64,000 nt of DNA, taken from Saccostrea echinata. Taxonomy: Eukaryota. Every line of letters starts with the position of its first letter. The first letter of the stretch is position 1. Both the position numbers and the translations under genes were made by a program. The stretch is taken from the NCBI RefSeq assembly GCF_033153115.1, contig NW_026889774.1:992001-1056000 (forward strand), given 5' to 3'. The notes below the pieces were generated by a model. The model worked only from the letters and a program-made list of their open reading frames with translations. It was not told the DNA's origin and searched no databases. Below are positions 39,258 to 50,872 of the stretch, piece by piece.

Positions 39258-40756
39258 AAATAAATTCTGCTTCATAATAATTTTATTTAAAGGGTTGGCT
39301 AACAAAATAACACAAAATAACTGCCCAAAAAGTTTCAACAGATAGTTGGAAGACCTTGTGTCGAAGAACAACATAGATATTGTGAATTAAATACTTCAGC
39401 ATCTTGTTGATATCAACTTTAGTGTGCTTGTGCGTAGAATCAGCATTATTTTAACAAAGTAACTTTGTAAATGACCAATTACAAGGAATGAAAATTTTCG
39501 AGTTCCATTTTTCTTGAATGTTGTCTAATTACCTGGAAAAAATTGTGATTTCAGGTATAATTTCAGATTCAAAATAATTATGACAAGTTAGGGTATCTTT
39601 AATATGTATATATACAATGACTTCTCTTTTTTCATAAGAGAAGGAGTTTGAACAAAAGTGTGTATCTGATCTAGTAAAAAATGCAAAACATTTTCTGCAT
39701 CTGTTACCAAATAGGTATGGTCGAGGAATCAGCTTTTTTTCTATGTACACTCTACGTCCCTGAAATATACAGTTACAGTAGTTTGGGCTTTATTGACCAT
39801 AGATATCGACCGGATAGCACTGGTTACTGAGTAGCAATCTAGAAGTCCCAGACTAAACATTTTCTATCTTCCTTTTACGCAGCGATGGCTATTTAAGAAT
39901 CCGGTCAATTTTTTTGGATAAGGGGAGGGAGTGTATGAGAGTTTCTAAAAAGTTTTAAGTTGAATTGATTTAACCGTATATGTATTGATCAATCTATCAA
40001 ACTGGGACAAACATATAACTTATCAAACTATTGCAAAGAAAATACATCAGAAATGATGCATTGTTTGTGATGAAAATTTCTTAATGGCCTACAGATCTCA
40101 ATGAAAATTGAAATTATTAGTGAACAACAGAAATTATATAAGTGACATATGCACAGAAGAGAAGAGACAATGAATGACATTCGCACTTTACACTAAATCA
40201 GCTTAGTTGGTACAGCAAACATAAAACTTAATCATATAAGATATCCGTTCGGTCATTACACATGTTTTTATTCGATGATACACACTCAATGTGTGTTGTG
40301 TGTGATCAGTATGAATCTGTAACTTCATTGATAAAGATTGATTACTGTTTGATAATGTAGCAAAGTAGTTCATATACAATAGATGCAATAAAATTAATCC
40401 TTTCTGTATATTATAGTAGTAAAAAATTATATAAATATATACATGAATTCATAAATGAAACAAATCTGACGAAATATTCAGAACAATATTTCTTCATAAA
40501 AAATCTGGCACCCATGCATCACAGATCATGTGCATATTAGTCTACACTTATCAATATACATGTATGATAGGAGAACTCCTGCATAGTTACAGTAGGATTC
40601 AAAAATATATATTACATTTTAAATCTTGATATATATGACATCATTTGTATTGAAAAAAAAACACGTCAAAGTTTTGAATAAATATGCCTGTCTGTTTATG
40701 GTTCGATTATGTTATGACTACATATACAAAGGCTTTTAAACATGATAATTTAGGTG

Positions 40757-40789
40757 TGCGTCACTTTACGCATGATAAGTGTATATAAA
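40757..40789 (+). promoter_or_regulatory. Putative core promoter of Mieap-like 3 (TGCGTCA..GATAAG..TATATAAA)
   Basis: TATATAAAGG at 40782, about 55 nt upstream of the ATG; same arrangement as gene 2. Confidence 0.45.
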
Positions 40790-40838
40790 GGGAATAGTCC
40801 GTCGATCAGCGAACGATATTTTAATCTAAAGATTCACG

Positions 40839-42621
40839 ATGACTGACGTAAATGATTTAATTCTTCTCATATCGAGACTACAAGGAGATCTAGACGAAAC
40901 TCAACGCAGACTAAAAGCTGAGACATTGGAAAAAGAAAGGGCCCTCACGAGGTATTTATCTTTATGAATGTATGAAAAAAAAATATCTATTTTAAAAAAG
41001 ATACATGGTATACATTTGAGAAAAACTACTTTTTCTTGTCCTTTAAACCTTTGAGTCAAATATTGTTATTAAAATACAGTTTTACTAAAACAATATTAAA
41101 TTCATTTGTAATACAAGTATCAAGACTCTAGTGCATATTTTCATCATTTTCTGAATTAATTAATGTTAACAAATCCTGATTATATGTACATAAATGTTAA
41201 CAGATGTTCAAGACCAATTTGTAATATAATGTTCGTGAAATGTCGGTGTTGCAGGCTCAGTTCAATAGCTGGAACAAAACTTACATATAACAATCCTGGT
41301 ATCACCGATCTCTCAGACAAGAACAGACCACAGAAAATTGGTGAAAATTTCAATGAACTCTACGACAATGAGTGGACAGAGGCTGTTGACCAGCTATCGG
41401 GGGATCACGGAGAGGAGGGTGCGGTACAAATGCTCAGGGAGGCTCTTAAGGTAAGGAATCTGTTCAAATTTTTATCTTATAAAACTAAAACTGAAATATC
41501 TTAAATTTTTTAACTTCAAATCTTCGCATTCTCTTGGTCGTTTCAAATCTAACCAATCCTAAATTCGGTTATATGATATGTTTTCAAAACAACTCTGTAT
41601 TATAAATTTTTGTAACATATCATTTGCATTGCGAATTGTTTTGCTGCACTCCAGTTTACGCCTGTGCACTTAATGACGTTGTGTTTATTGTAGTTCATTG
41701 CCAACAAAACAAAGAGCTCAGCTGACAAACAGTACAAGAATTTACAAGAGGCGTTGTTTCAGGTATGAATGTTCAGTCATTCATATATTATACATATGTC
41801 TGCTATCTAAATAAATTTAAAGGTTTTTCGAGTTTTAAAACAAATCTAATTTTTTTTTAATTACGTTTAAACCCTTTTATAAATTAACTTCGTTAGAGGC
41901 AAAGAGAAATATCATTAATGTCCATAGGAGAACACAAATACATATAAATTCACTCTCATGAACTACATATCTAAATATAGGATCTATTTAGTTAATCAAA
42001 CAAACAATTTAGTATCACGTACAAACTATATCTGTAAAATATTTTATGTAACACATTATAGAGAGATTTGAGAGAATCCGAGGCTGGAAATTTTATGACA
42101 ATCTACAAGAAAATCAGCGACCTACAAAAGGATGTCTCCAGTATCTCAATGGCTAATGCTAAAAAGGTATTGAGGCCTCCCTAATCACAATAAAGCAGCT
42201 ATAACTGCAAATTTTATTTTATAAGAATACATTCAAATACTTAAGTTCACCTAGTGCATTTAATAAAATAAATATATATTTTTTTCAGTTTCTGAAGGAG
42301 GATACAAAATTTGTTTCAAAGTATAAAGACGTGTTATTTGGTTGTGAAACATTTGTGGATAGATGTGTGGAACTGTGCTGGATGATGCATATCCAGGACC
42401 CGCCTATGTACTTAGAATTTGAATCTCCAAACGTCATTGACAAAAACATGTTCAGATTGTTTACAAGAAGTGGAGAACGTCCTGATTACGTGGTTTGGCC
42501 CGCGTTATTATTACATGAAAATGGACCTCTTGTTCAAAAGGGTGTAGTCCAACCTGTTAAATCGAATACCGGTGGCAAAAAATCAACACCCACAAAACCA
42601 GAAAGAACGATAAATAAGTGA
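40839..42621 (+). CDS. Mieap-C-domain-like protein 3 (about 271 aa; exons 40839-40951, 41255-41450, 41694-41762, 42062-42166, 42289-42621)
   Basis: 816 nt in frame. Internal exon sizes 196/69/105 are identical to gene 1. Motifs NNPGITDLSDKNRPQKIGENFNELYDNEW and CVELCWMMHIQDPPM..VVWPALLLHENGPLVQKGVVQP. Confidence 0.87.
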
Positions 42622-43376
42622 AAATTTAATATCTGAAAATCCATTAAGCATTAACACAACTTAGATATATTGTGTGACATTTCAAGGGTACCGGTTGAAA
42701 TCGGGTACACGGCGCTTAGATTGTGAATGCGTTAGCCTAAACTACCCAGAACAATATTATATAAACCACCATCAACCCAGTCTGAATTGGAAGCTAGTCA
42801 TTTTATTTTATAATGACCTTGAAGGGCAATATTTGATAAGTTTTGATTGTTCTTTCCTTCAAATAAACGAAAACATGTGTTCATTTTATATATAAAATTG
42901 TTTGGATTTACACATAAATTTTATTACTTATTTACTCATCTTCATTTTATTATAATTAATTTTGGGTAACCGCTCTTGAACATCTATATAGAATTTATCT
43001 AGTGCTGAATTGAACACTTTAAATAAAACAGTATTGAACACTTTAAATAAAACAGCTCGTACCACGTCCTCTTTAGTATAAGAGTTTTGCGTCATTTAGC
43101 TATTAATTTCCTTATTGATTGTCGAACTTTACCAAATTTTTTACCATGATTACCAAATATCAACCACATTTTTAAGTTCCTTCGAAACATTTATCTAACA
43201 TTTACATTTACACCACATCACGCATTCAAGACTGATATGTTTGTCCTGCTTTGTGAAACCAAAAACAGAGGATAATTTAACCAAATCCAAATGAATTTCT
43301 GCTAATATATCAGCATATTATAAAACTTAAAGAAATCGTATCTTAGAGTAAATTAAAGAGTGTTGCGGCAAGAGAT

Positions 43377-43379
<3 letters not shown>

Positions 43380-43440
<61 letters not shown>

Positions 43441-43450
43441 TATATATATA
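43380..43450. repeat. (AT)n microsatellite
   Basis: Direct reading. Confidence 0.95.
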
Positions 43451-43784
43451 AAACTTAAAATATAAACTTATACATGTACGTAAGTTTATTAATTGAAAAG
43501 TGGGATAGACTAAAATGACATAAAATATGTAATCTATGTAGTTCATGAGAAGAGGACTCTTTTAAAAGAAATATAACATATATTACCCATTTTTATCACT
43601 CAGGTACTACATGAATAACTAGTAAAGGTTATAGTCAATGAACTGTTGCTACATGTTTATATCTTAAAGATGGAAATACTTTTATATACATGTATGTTGA
43701 CTTTGCAAATAATAATGATAAGTGCATTTCACAAAACTAATACCCCTGGTAAATGTCCATTTATAGTAGATTGATTAATTATTT

Positions 43785-44335
43785 GATTGATTGTGTGCTG
43801 TTTAACATCCCATATGAAAATTTTTCACTCATCTGGTTTAAGTAAAGTGCCACAAATGTTCAGCTTTACATGATGCTTACGGTCATAGCAGTGAGGGATC
43901 TTTACGTGCTATCGTCTACCGTAAAATGGGACCTCGGTTCTTGAGGTTTTATTGGGAAAGACCCGTGACTTTCACTTCTATATCGAGGGCTTGGCGAAGG
44001 AGCAGTCACTACCTATATGTTAAACTTCTCAAGTTTGACGCGGAGCGAGAATATAACCCTGGCCTCTAAAGCACTGTTAAAGCTGCAAAACGGGGAGAGG
44101 GCCTAATTTATACGGGAAATGTTTACTGTGACATTACAAAAATATATCAAAATATAATACAAATATCACACAAAAATTACCAATTCCTCATAATACCGGA
44201 ATATGAAATAATATGCGATTTTAAGATGTAAATACTACCTAATAATATTAAACGCTTATGTTTGACGCGGTGCCGGGAACAAGAATCGAACCCGAAACAT
44301 CCAGATCACGAGGCGAACGCACTACCATTAGGTCA
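43785..44335 (-). mobile_element. Degenerate/interrupted tRNA-derived SINE
   Basis: (TTGA)n tail and body motifs GCAGTGAGGGATCTTT..GGGACCTCGGTT..CTTGGCGAAGGAGCAGTC. Head remnant at about 44270-44330. Confidence 0.65.
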
Positions 44336-44508
44336 TTTTTGTTTATTGAATTGATTTGAAGGAATATTTTACGACAACACGTACCAGGCAAGGTTTTATA
44401 AAAAGGAAATCTGTTAACAAAGCTTTACCACAATTATGTTTTCAGGCTGCGTATAACATTGTTATTGTACTTTAACTATTTATTGTAGTGTATTTAACTT
44501 TTTTTCAG

Positions 44509-45151
44509 TTTCTGGGGACAGACATGAAATCTGTGTCACAGTATAAAGACTTGCTATTTAGTTGTGAAGCTTAATTGATTGATTGGTTGTATGTTATTTT
44601 ACATTTTCACTCATATAGAGACGTCACCATAAACTGGTGAAGGGCTTCAAATTTAGACCTTTACTCGGCACTCAGGGCCATTGAGCAATAAGGGTTCCCT
44701 AACGTGCCAACGCCTACCGTGACACGGGGCCTCGGTTTTTAAGGTCTCACCCGAAGGACCCGCTACTTTCACTTCAAATTAAAATGCCGAGCACTTGGCG
44801 AGGAACAGTTGCTACCTATTTTTTAATCGACTTATGTCAGTCGCGGCCCTGATTCGAACGCACGACCTTCCAATCACGGATCGAGCGCTCGAACGACTTG
44901 TGAAGCTTGTAGTACTGTGTTGGATGATGCCTATCCAGGACCGACCCATATACTTGGAATTTTAATCCCCTAATGTCGTTGACAAAAATTTTCACACTGT
45001 TTGCAAGAAGTAAAATCATCACTTTATTTTGGCCCACACTTTTCTTTCATGAAAATTAACCTCTTGTTCAAAAGTTGTAGTCAAAGCTATTAGATTAAAC
45101 GCTGTATGTAAAAATTCAACACCAAAAACCAGAAAGAACCATAAATAAGTG
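44509..45151 (+). pseudogene. Decayed copy of the Mieap-like 3 terminal exon, interrupted by a SINE
   Basis: TTTCAG|FLGTDMKSVSQYKDLLFSCEA[SINE]..LCWMMPIQD..VVDK..WPTLFFHEN*PLVQK..KPERTINK*. Frameshifts and stops are present. The end matches 42590-42621. Confidence 0.85.
44573..44897 (-). mobile_element. tRNA-derived SINE with 11-bp TSD
   Basis: TSD TTGTGAAGCTT at 44562-44572 and 44898-44908; body matches the 61390-61727 copy. Confidence 0.88.
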
Positions 45152-46391
45152 AAAAGTTGCAAAAATGAAAATATTTGATTTAAAAAAAAATGTCATTAAG
45201 AACAGCAACAATATGATACCGTAAAAACTATTTTTATGAAATAAAAGAAAAGAAAATTTTTAACAGCATCAATGCAATATACAGGTCTTGTCCGAAGAGA
45301 AGCGGTTAAAATCGAGGGACACGGTGCATAAATTGAGATAGCACTAACCCAAATATCTGGAAAAGCAAGACACGACACCATGATATTATTTTTTTCTCTT
45401 TTTATCTTTGCAAATACTTAATAATTGATTTTCAGTCCTCATTCTTTAGCCAGTGTCGTATTTAATGCTTTAAATCAAAGTACAAATGCAATATTAATGT
45501 AGTAGTTGGTGACCTGTTCCTTTAGAGTGAGGGTTTTGTGCGTGTCATTCCGCTAAATTTATTTTCCTACATATACTGAATATTGCACCTTGTGCAATCA
45601 GATAAAAGTAATCTTACGTCATATTTCAACCTGTCATTTACCATTTAAATCTTGGCCATTTGCGTTTAATTCGTATTAGGTACTCACTGGAGTTTAAATG
45701 TTTGTCCTACAATATGAACCTAGAAGTCAGGGATGTCATTGACATTCTGCTAAGATAACAATTAATTCCCATATTCTAAAATGAGCATCAAACTGATATC
45801 TACAGGAAACATGGGTATTGCTGGTGGGAAAAGGTAACTGCAAATTAAACATTGTATAGAAAAATAAAAATAAATGTGTAGTACATGCATTCTGATGATA
45901 AAAAAATTATCGCATTTCATCAATAAAGAAAGACATGAAATAACAAATATCAAATATTTTTAAAATTTCCTTGTTTTTTTTTTTAAGAATTTGCAAATTG
46001 CAATGGAAAGTTCACAAGTCTCACAAAACACTGAAAAAATAAAGACTTTTAGCAGATCTGACCAATTGCCCAGATGCGATATCAAAGCCCGTTTTGTATA
46101 TTATACCTAATATCGGATAAAAGTATAAAGTGCAAAAAGATGAGAAGAATATTTTTAGTATCAATTGAGCAATTAAGGACTTTTATAACCCTTTTCTGCT
46201 ATAAAATCAGTTCGTACCAGATATATGCATTATGGTTAATTTAGAGTTCATAAGCTTTATAACTTTCTAACAATTTTAAGCTTAGCTTAATTTTACTTTC
46301 TAAACTATGATTTCAGGAATTATACAATATTGTTATATTGTAGCATATATATAATTAATTAATTATTGAAGTGTATTGTACAGATTTTTAG

Positions 46392-46650
46392 TTTCTGAAG
46401 AACAGTTCAAAATTTGTCTCAAACTATAAAGATGTGATATTGAGTTGTGAAGTTGAGAGGTGTATAATTGTTGGTCATTTTATATACTAGCCCATTCATA
46501 CACTCACAATTTCAATCTGATCAAAGGCATTGACAAAAGCAGACATGTTCACACCTTTTTCAAGAGTTGGAGAACTTACTTGTTACGTGGTGTGGTCCGT
46601 GCTGTTTTTGCATGAAAAAGACATTTTGTTTTAAATGGTGTTGTCTAAAT
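46392..46650 (+). pseudogene. Second, older decayed copy of a Mieap-like terminal exon
   Basis: TTTTTAG|FLKNSSKFVSNYKDVILSCE..IDK..MFTPFSRVGELTCYVVWSVLFLHEKD..GVV with indels. Confidence 0.75.
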
Positions 46651-47489
46651 TGCTACGTCAAACTCTGATGGTATTATCTCGCTTAATTACAAGAAAGAAG
46701 AGGATGATGCATACATGTACATTTGTAAATGAAGGATTGTGAAGATTCCAATTATTCAGTTTATTCTCGTCGTATCCTTGGCATCACGTACAGCATAATC
46801 TAGTGATCTAACACTTGCCCGCTTTTGGAATCACTTATCTAGTTGAAATTGCTGAGAAAAAGCAGCATTTTGATACAGTATTTTTTATTGTTTTAAATTC
46901 TTACAATCTAAGTAATTTGTTGATGAGATCTAAGGAGCACAAAATTAAACATCTTGGGAAGCAAGATTCCTATTTACCTCACCATATATTCCTGTATCAC
47001 TGATATTGTTATTCTGATATCAGTTTGATTAATATTCTGAGATCATTAAATTGATAAAATCCAAAAACAAATAGTGTTTATTTATGAATAAAACAAATTA
47101 TAACAAAGCTCACTACGTCTTAGGGTGTGTGTGTGTGTGTGTGTGATTTCTTGTATTTTATTTATATACCATTGCCTCATATCTAAGCCTTAATGAGTCA
47201 TGCCTATTTTTTGACTCTCAATATCTCGGTGATAAAAGCAAGGGACATTAAACAAAATTGCTTATCTCTAAGAAATATGAAGCAGTTACTGCGCTTATAA
47301 TAACACAATCAGAACAAAAACCAACAGGAACTAGCTTAAATATATACAAAAAGTGGGTTTCGCTAATTTATTCCAATACAAAGACGTAAATGACATTTCT
47401 TCGCTAATTATATGTGTTGAAGATTTCTATACTGTATTCCTTCATATCTTTTAATTACTATTAAGATTATTGCCATAAATCTAATTAGT

Positions 47490-47569
47490 CTATCTGATCA
47501 ATACATAGGGCTCACGGCGGGTGTGACCGATCGACAGGGGATGCTTACTACTCCTGTTCACAGATTTGT
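47490..47569 (+). mobile_element. Penelope-like 3'-flank module abutting an assembly gap
   Basis: CACGGCGGGTGTGACCGATCGACAGGGGATGCTTACT. Confidence 0.7.
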
Positions 47570-47736
47570 NNNNNNNNNNNNNNNNNNNNNNNNNNNNNNN
47601 NNNNNNNNNNNNNNNNNNNNNNNNNNNNNNNNNNNNNNNNNNNNNNNNNNNNNNNNNNNNNNNNNNNNNNNNNNNNNNNNNNNNNNNNNNNNNNNNNNNN
47701 NNNNNNNNNNNNNNNNNNNNNNNNNNNNNNNNNNNN
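47570..47736. other. Assembly gap (N run)
   Basis: Ns in sequence. Confidence 1.
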
Positions 47737-49016
47737 GGTTTTGTCAAGAAATTAATTTTCCATATAGACATCTGTATCAACATTAGACATGCCCATTAAG
47801 GAAAGGAATTCACGCAATGTGCATGGACTGCAAAAACTGTTGTAATCCACTAGGAGTTACAATATACCTTGTTTATACTGAAAGAATTAATTTACAGAGA
47901 TTTATACAATGTTTATTATCATGAGTGTATATTTCACCACCTGGAAAAGAAGCTCTGTAATTCATTCAACCTGTAATCGAAATACAACGTTAAGACTTTC
48001 AAAATTAAATTCTAAAGTGTGGAGATGTCTGGTCAACAGTACAGAATAACAAGATGCCGCCCAAGATGAAAAAGAAAACATGGAAATATTCTAAAAGAAA
48101 GGCCGATTTTAAATTCGTGAAGTCTAAAATATGTGAAATAGAATTAACAAATATGCAAAACAGTCAAGCATTCTACACATAAGGTGTATTTTGTTGAAAA
48201 AAGCTGCCCTTTTTTCTATTAAATCTATTTAAATGTTATTTTCTGACTGGAATCGGGTAATTCTATTTAAAACCTATTTAAAATCATGTGGGTTTTGAAA
48301 TCACCGATGGGTTTAAAAGTTCGCATACTTAAATTGTAAAATGGCAACAACATCACATATATAGCATGATATACTAGTAGTATATATGGAAGGGGGGTCA
48401 TGCACCTTTTATTTGTACTATAGCTGTTGCGCTATACAATATATAATATTAGAATTGTAGATAATTTAAATACATTTTTTTAAAAAAACGATAAATTCAT
48501 GGTGCATCAGTAAAATGCCGCACCTTGCGATACAGAACACAATCCAAAAGTAGCAATTACAGGTGCCATAAGTCGCATATATAGCAACCACGCTCGCGCT
48601 GTTATCAGAAACCTTATTGAATCAAATATTTTAATGATCTTGTGAAATATTACAGACATGGGAAATCATTAACGATTAAAATATCCTATCAGTTTTGATA
48701 CAAATAATTTTGCGTAATTTGTGTATAACATAGTAAATGCAAATATAGTTACTGTAAGGTCCAGTAACATACATTAAATATGTAGGTGTAACTAAGACAG
48801 TTAATGGATTGCTCCATATACGTGTTCAACTAACAAAACAACTCTAGTACATAAAAACTTACTAAACTTTAATAATTATGTCTTAATCAAATATACTACC
48901 ATGCCTAAACGTTTAATTGACGTATACTGCCTCTTTGATGTAAACCTAAACCAATATAGTAGCGGGTGTTTCAATTCGCACGTGCACTTTACAAGCAGTG
49001 ATATACATGTTGGTGG

Positions 49017-49020
<4 letters not shown>

Positions 49021-49101
<81 letters not shown>
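49021..49101. repeat. (AT)n microsatellite
   Basis: Direct reading. Confidence 0.95.
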
Positions 49102-49102
<1 letters not shown>

Positions 49103-49740
49103 GTGTTGTATCTGCAATTCTACGATGAAAATAAATGCATACTTATAAGCACTATTTCTATATCATTAAGATTAGAACAAACAAAATCACACATAAGGTC
49201 TCACAATTACATTCTAATGCGCGCATGTTTAAATCAAAATGAAAATGACTTCAATTTATTAGGTACTTGGGGAAATAAAAACTTTCTATTGTACTATTTT
49301 TTAATTATCCTTATTTATCGCATATCAGAATTTTGACTTTGGGTTTTCCCTACTAGATAGATCCTTAAAAAATTAGATCCGCGAATCTTCTATCAAACAT
49401 ATCACGTTTAAACTGATAAAGCTTGTACACGGTTTGTCTCGTTGATTATCGCTCTTTGTAAAAACCCGACACATCAAAACGAAAGTAGATTTTAACTTTT
49501 AACAAGGTTTGAGGATTTTGCTCTTTGTAAATTTTCTTGTGCTCCCATTTGTATAAGTATTGAGTTTTTATTTCATCTTTTACAATTTTCAAATATATGG
49601 GAGGATGTAAATGTTAGGCACGTGGTAGTGAAGGGGGCTCGAGCACCCCGAATCAGTAATTTTGCCAGTATATACTTTACTTCACAGACACAAAGTAATT
49701 CAGGTGTGTTCCCCCTGGAGAATGTGTGACAATGATGACA

Positions 49741-50575
49741 TTTTTATGCCCCCGTAATCTTAGCTTAGGGGCATTTAGCTTTTGTACTGTCTGTCTGTCT
49801 GTTTGTCTATAAAAACTCTAACCTTGCCCTTAACTTTTGATTGGTCAAAGCTATGTCTTTCATATTTTCACACATATATCCCTTTATCCCTTGTGATAAG
49901 ACCTTTCTTTTGGTACCAACATATTTGACCTCTTGACCTTAGAGTTTGACCCACTTTTTGCAAAATTTTACCCAAACTTTAACCTTGGCCATAACTTTTG
50001 AACATTGGTGCTAGGGCTGTCATACATGTACCTAACATCTGTATTCCTTGTGAGAAGATCTTGCCTTGGGTACAAATATTTTTAACCTTTTGACCTTAGA
50101 GTTTAACCCACCTTTAAAGACTTGAACCTTGGCCATAACTCTTGAACGGTTTGTATTGGGTCATTCATGCTTCACAGATTTATTCCTTGTGACAAGACTT
50201 CTCTTTGGATACCAACAATTTTGACTGTTTGACCTTGACCTTGGAATCGGACCTCTTTTTAAAAACATTCAATTTGTTCGTGACCTTATGTATTTCATGG
50301 GACAAGACTTTTCCTTGGGCACCATTAATTTTGACTATTTGACCTTGACATTTGATCTACTTTGGAAAAACTTTAACCATTGCCATAACTTTTCAGAAGT
50401 TGATGCTGGAGCTTTCATATTTCACAGGTGTATTCCTCAAGACAAGGCCTTGTTTTGGATACCAACATTTTTGATCTCTTTGACCTTGGATTTTGATTTG
50501 CATTTGAGAAATTTAACCTTTAATTGCCATAAGCTGCCGTATAGGGGAATCAGTGTTTCACAATCACATCTTGTT
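49741..50575 (+). mobile_element. Helentron-associated non-autonomous element (HINE-type) with internal tandem repeats of about 140-150 bp
   Basis: TTTTTATGCCCC..GGGGCAT start, short (CTGT)n microsatellite, 4-5 diverged units (AACCTTGGCCATAACTTTTG..CCTTGTGACAAGAC..TTTGACCTT), and end GGGGAATCAGTGTTTCACAATCACATCTTGTT. Confidence 0.75.
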
Positions 50576-50872
50576 TAATCTACAATTTTAGAAAGCGATG
50601 TACATTGAATTGTTAGTGTATGCATACAGCTGTATATGTAAAATCTCACAAATACTGTAACTTTTATGTAGATTTGAAAAATCCATTATCTGGTACTGGA
50701 ACCTCCGCACACACCTTGCCGCTCACTGCCATATTTGCCAAAATGTAAGTATAAGGTTTTATCTAATTTTAAGATGTCACTATAAAATCCTTTCATTCTC
50801 ACATTCTCTCTCTTTCTCCTCGTTGTTGTGACATTTTTAAAATTTGATTTGTTGTCCATAGGTTTTAATACC

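Noticed and set aside
48901-49336. ORFs with YIYIYI runs (also 43343-43546) and poly-K ORF 39189-39374
   Set aside because: Translations of (AT)n and poly(T) tracts.
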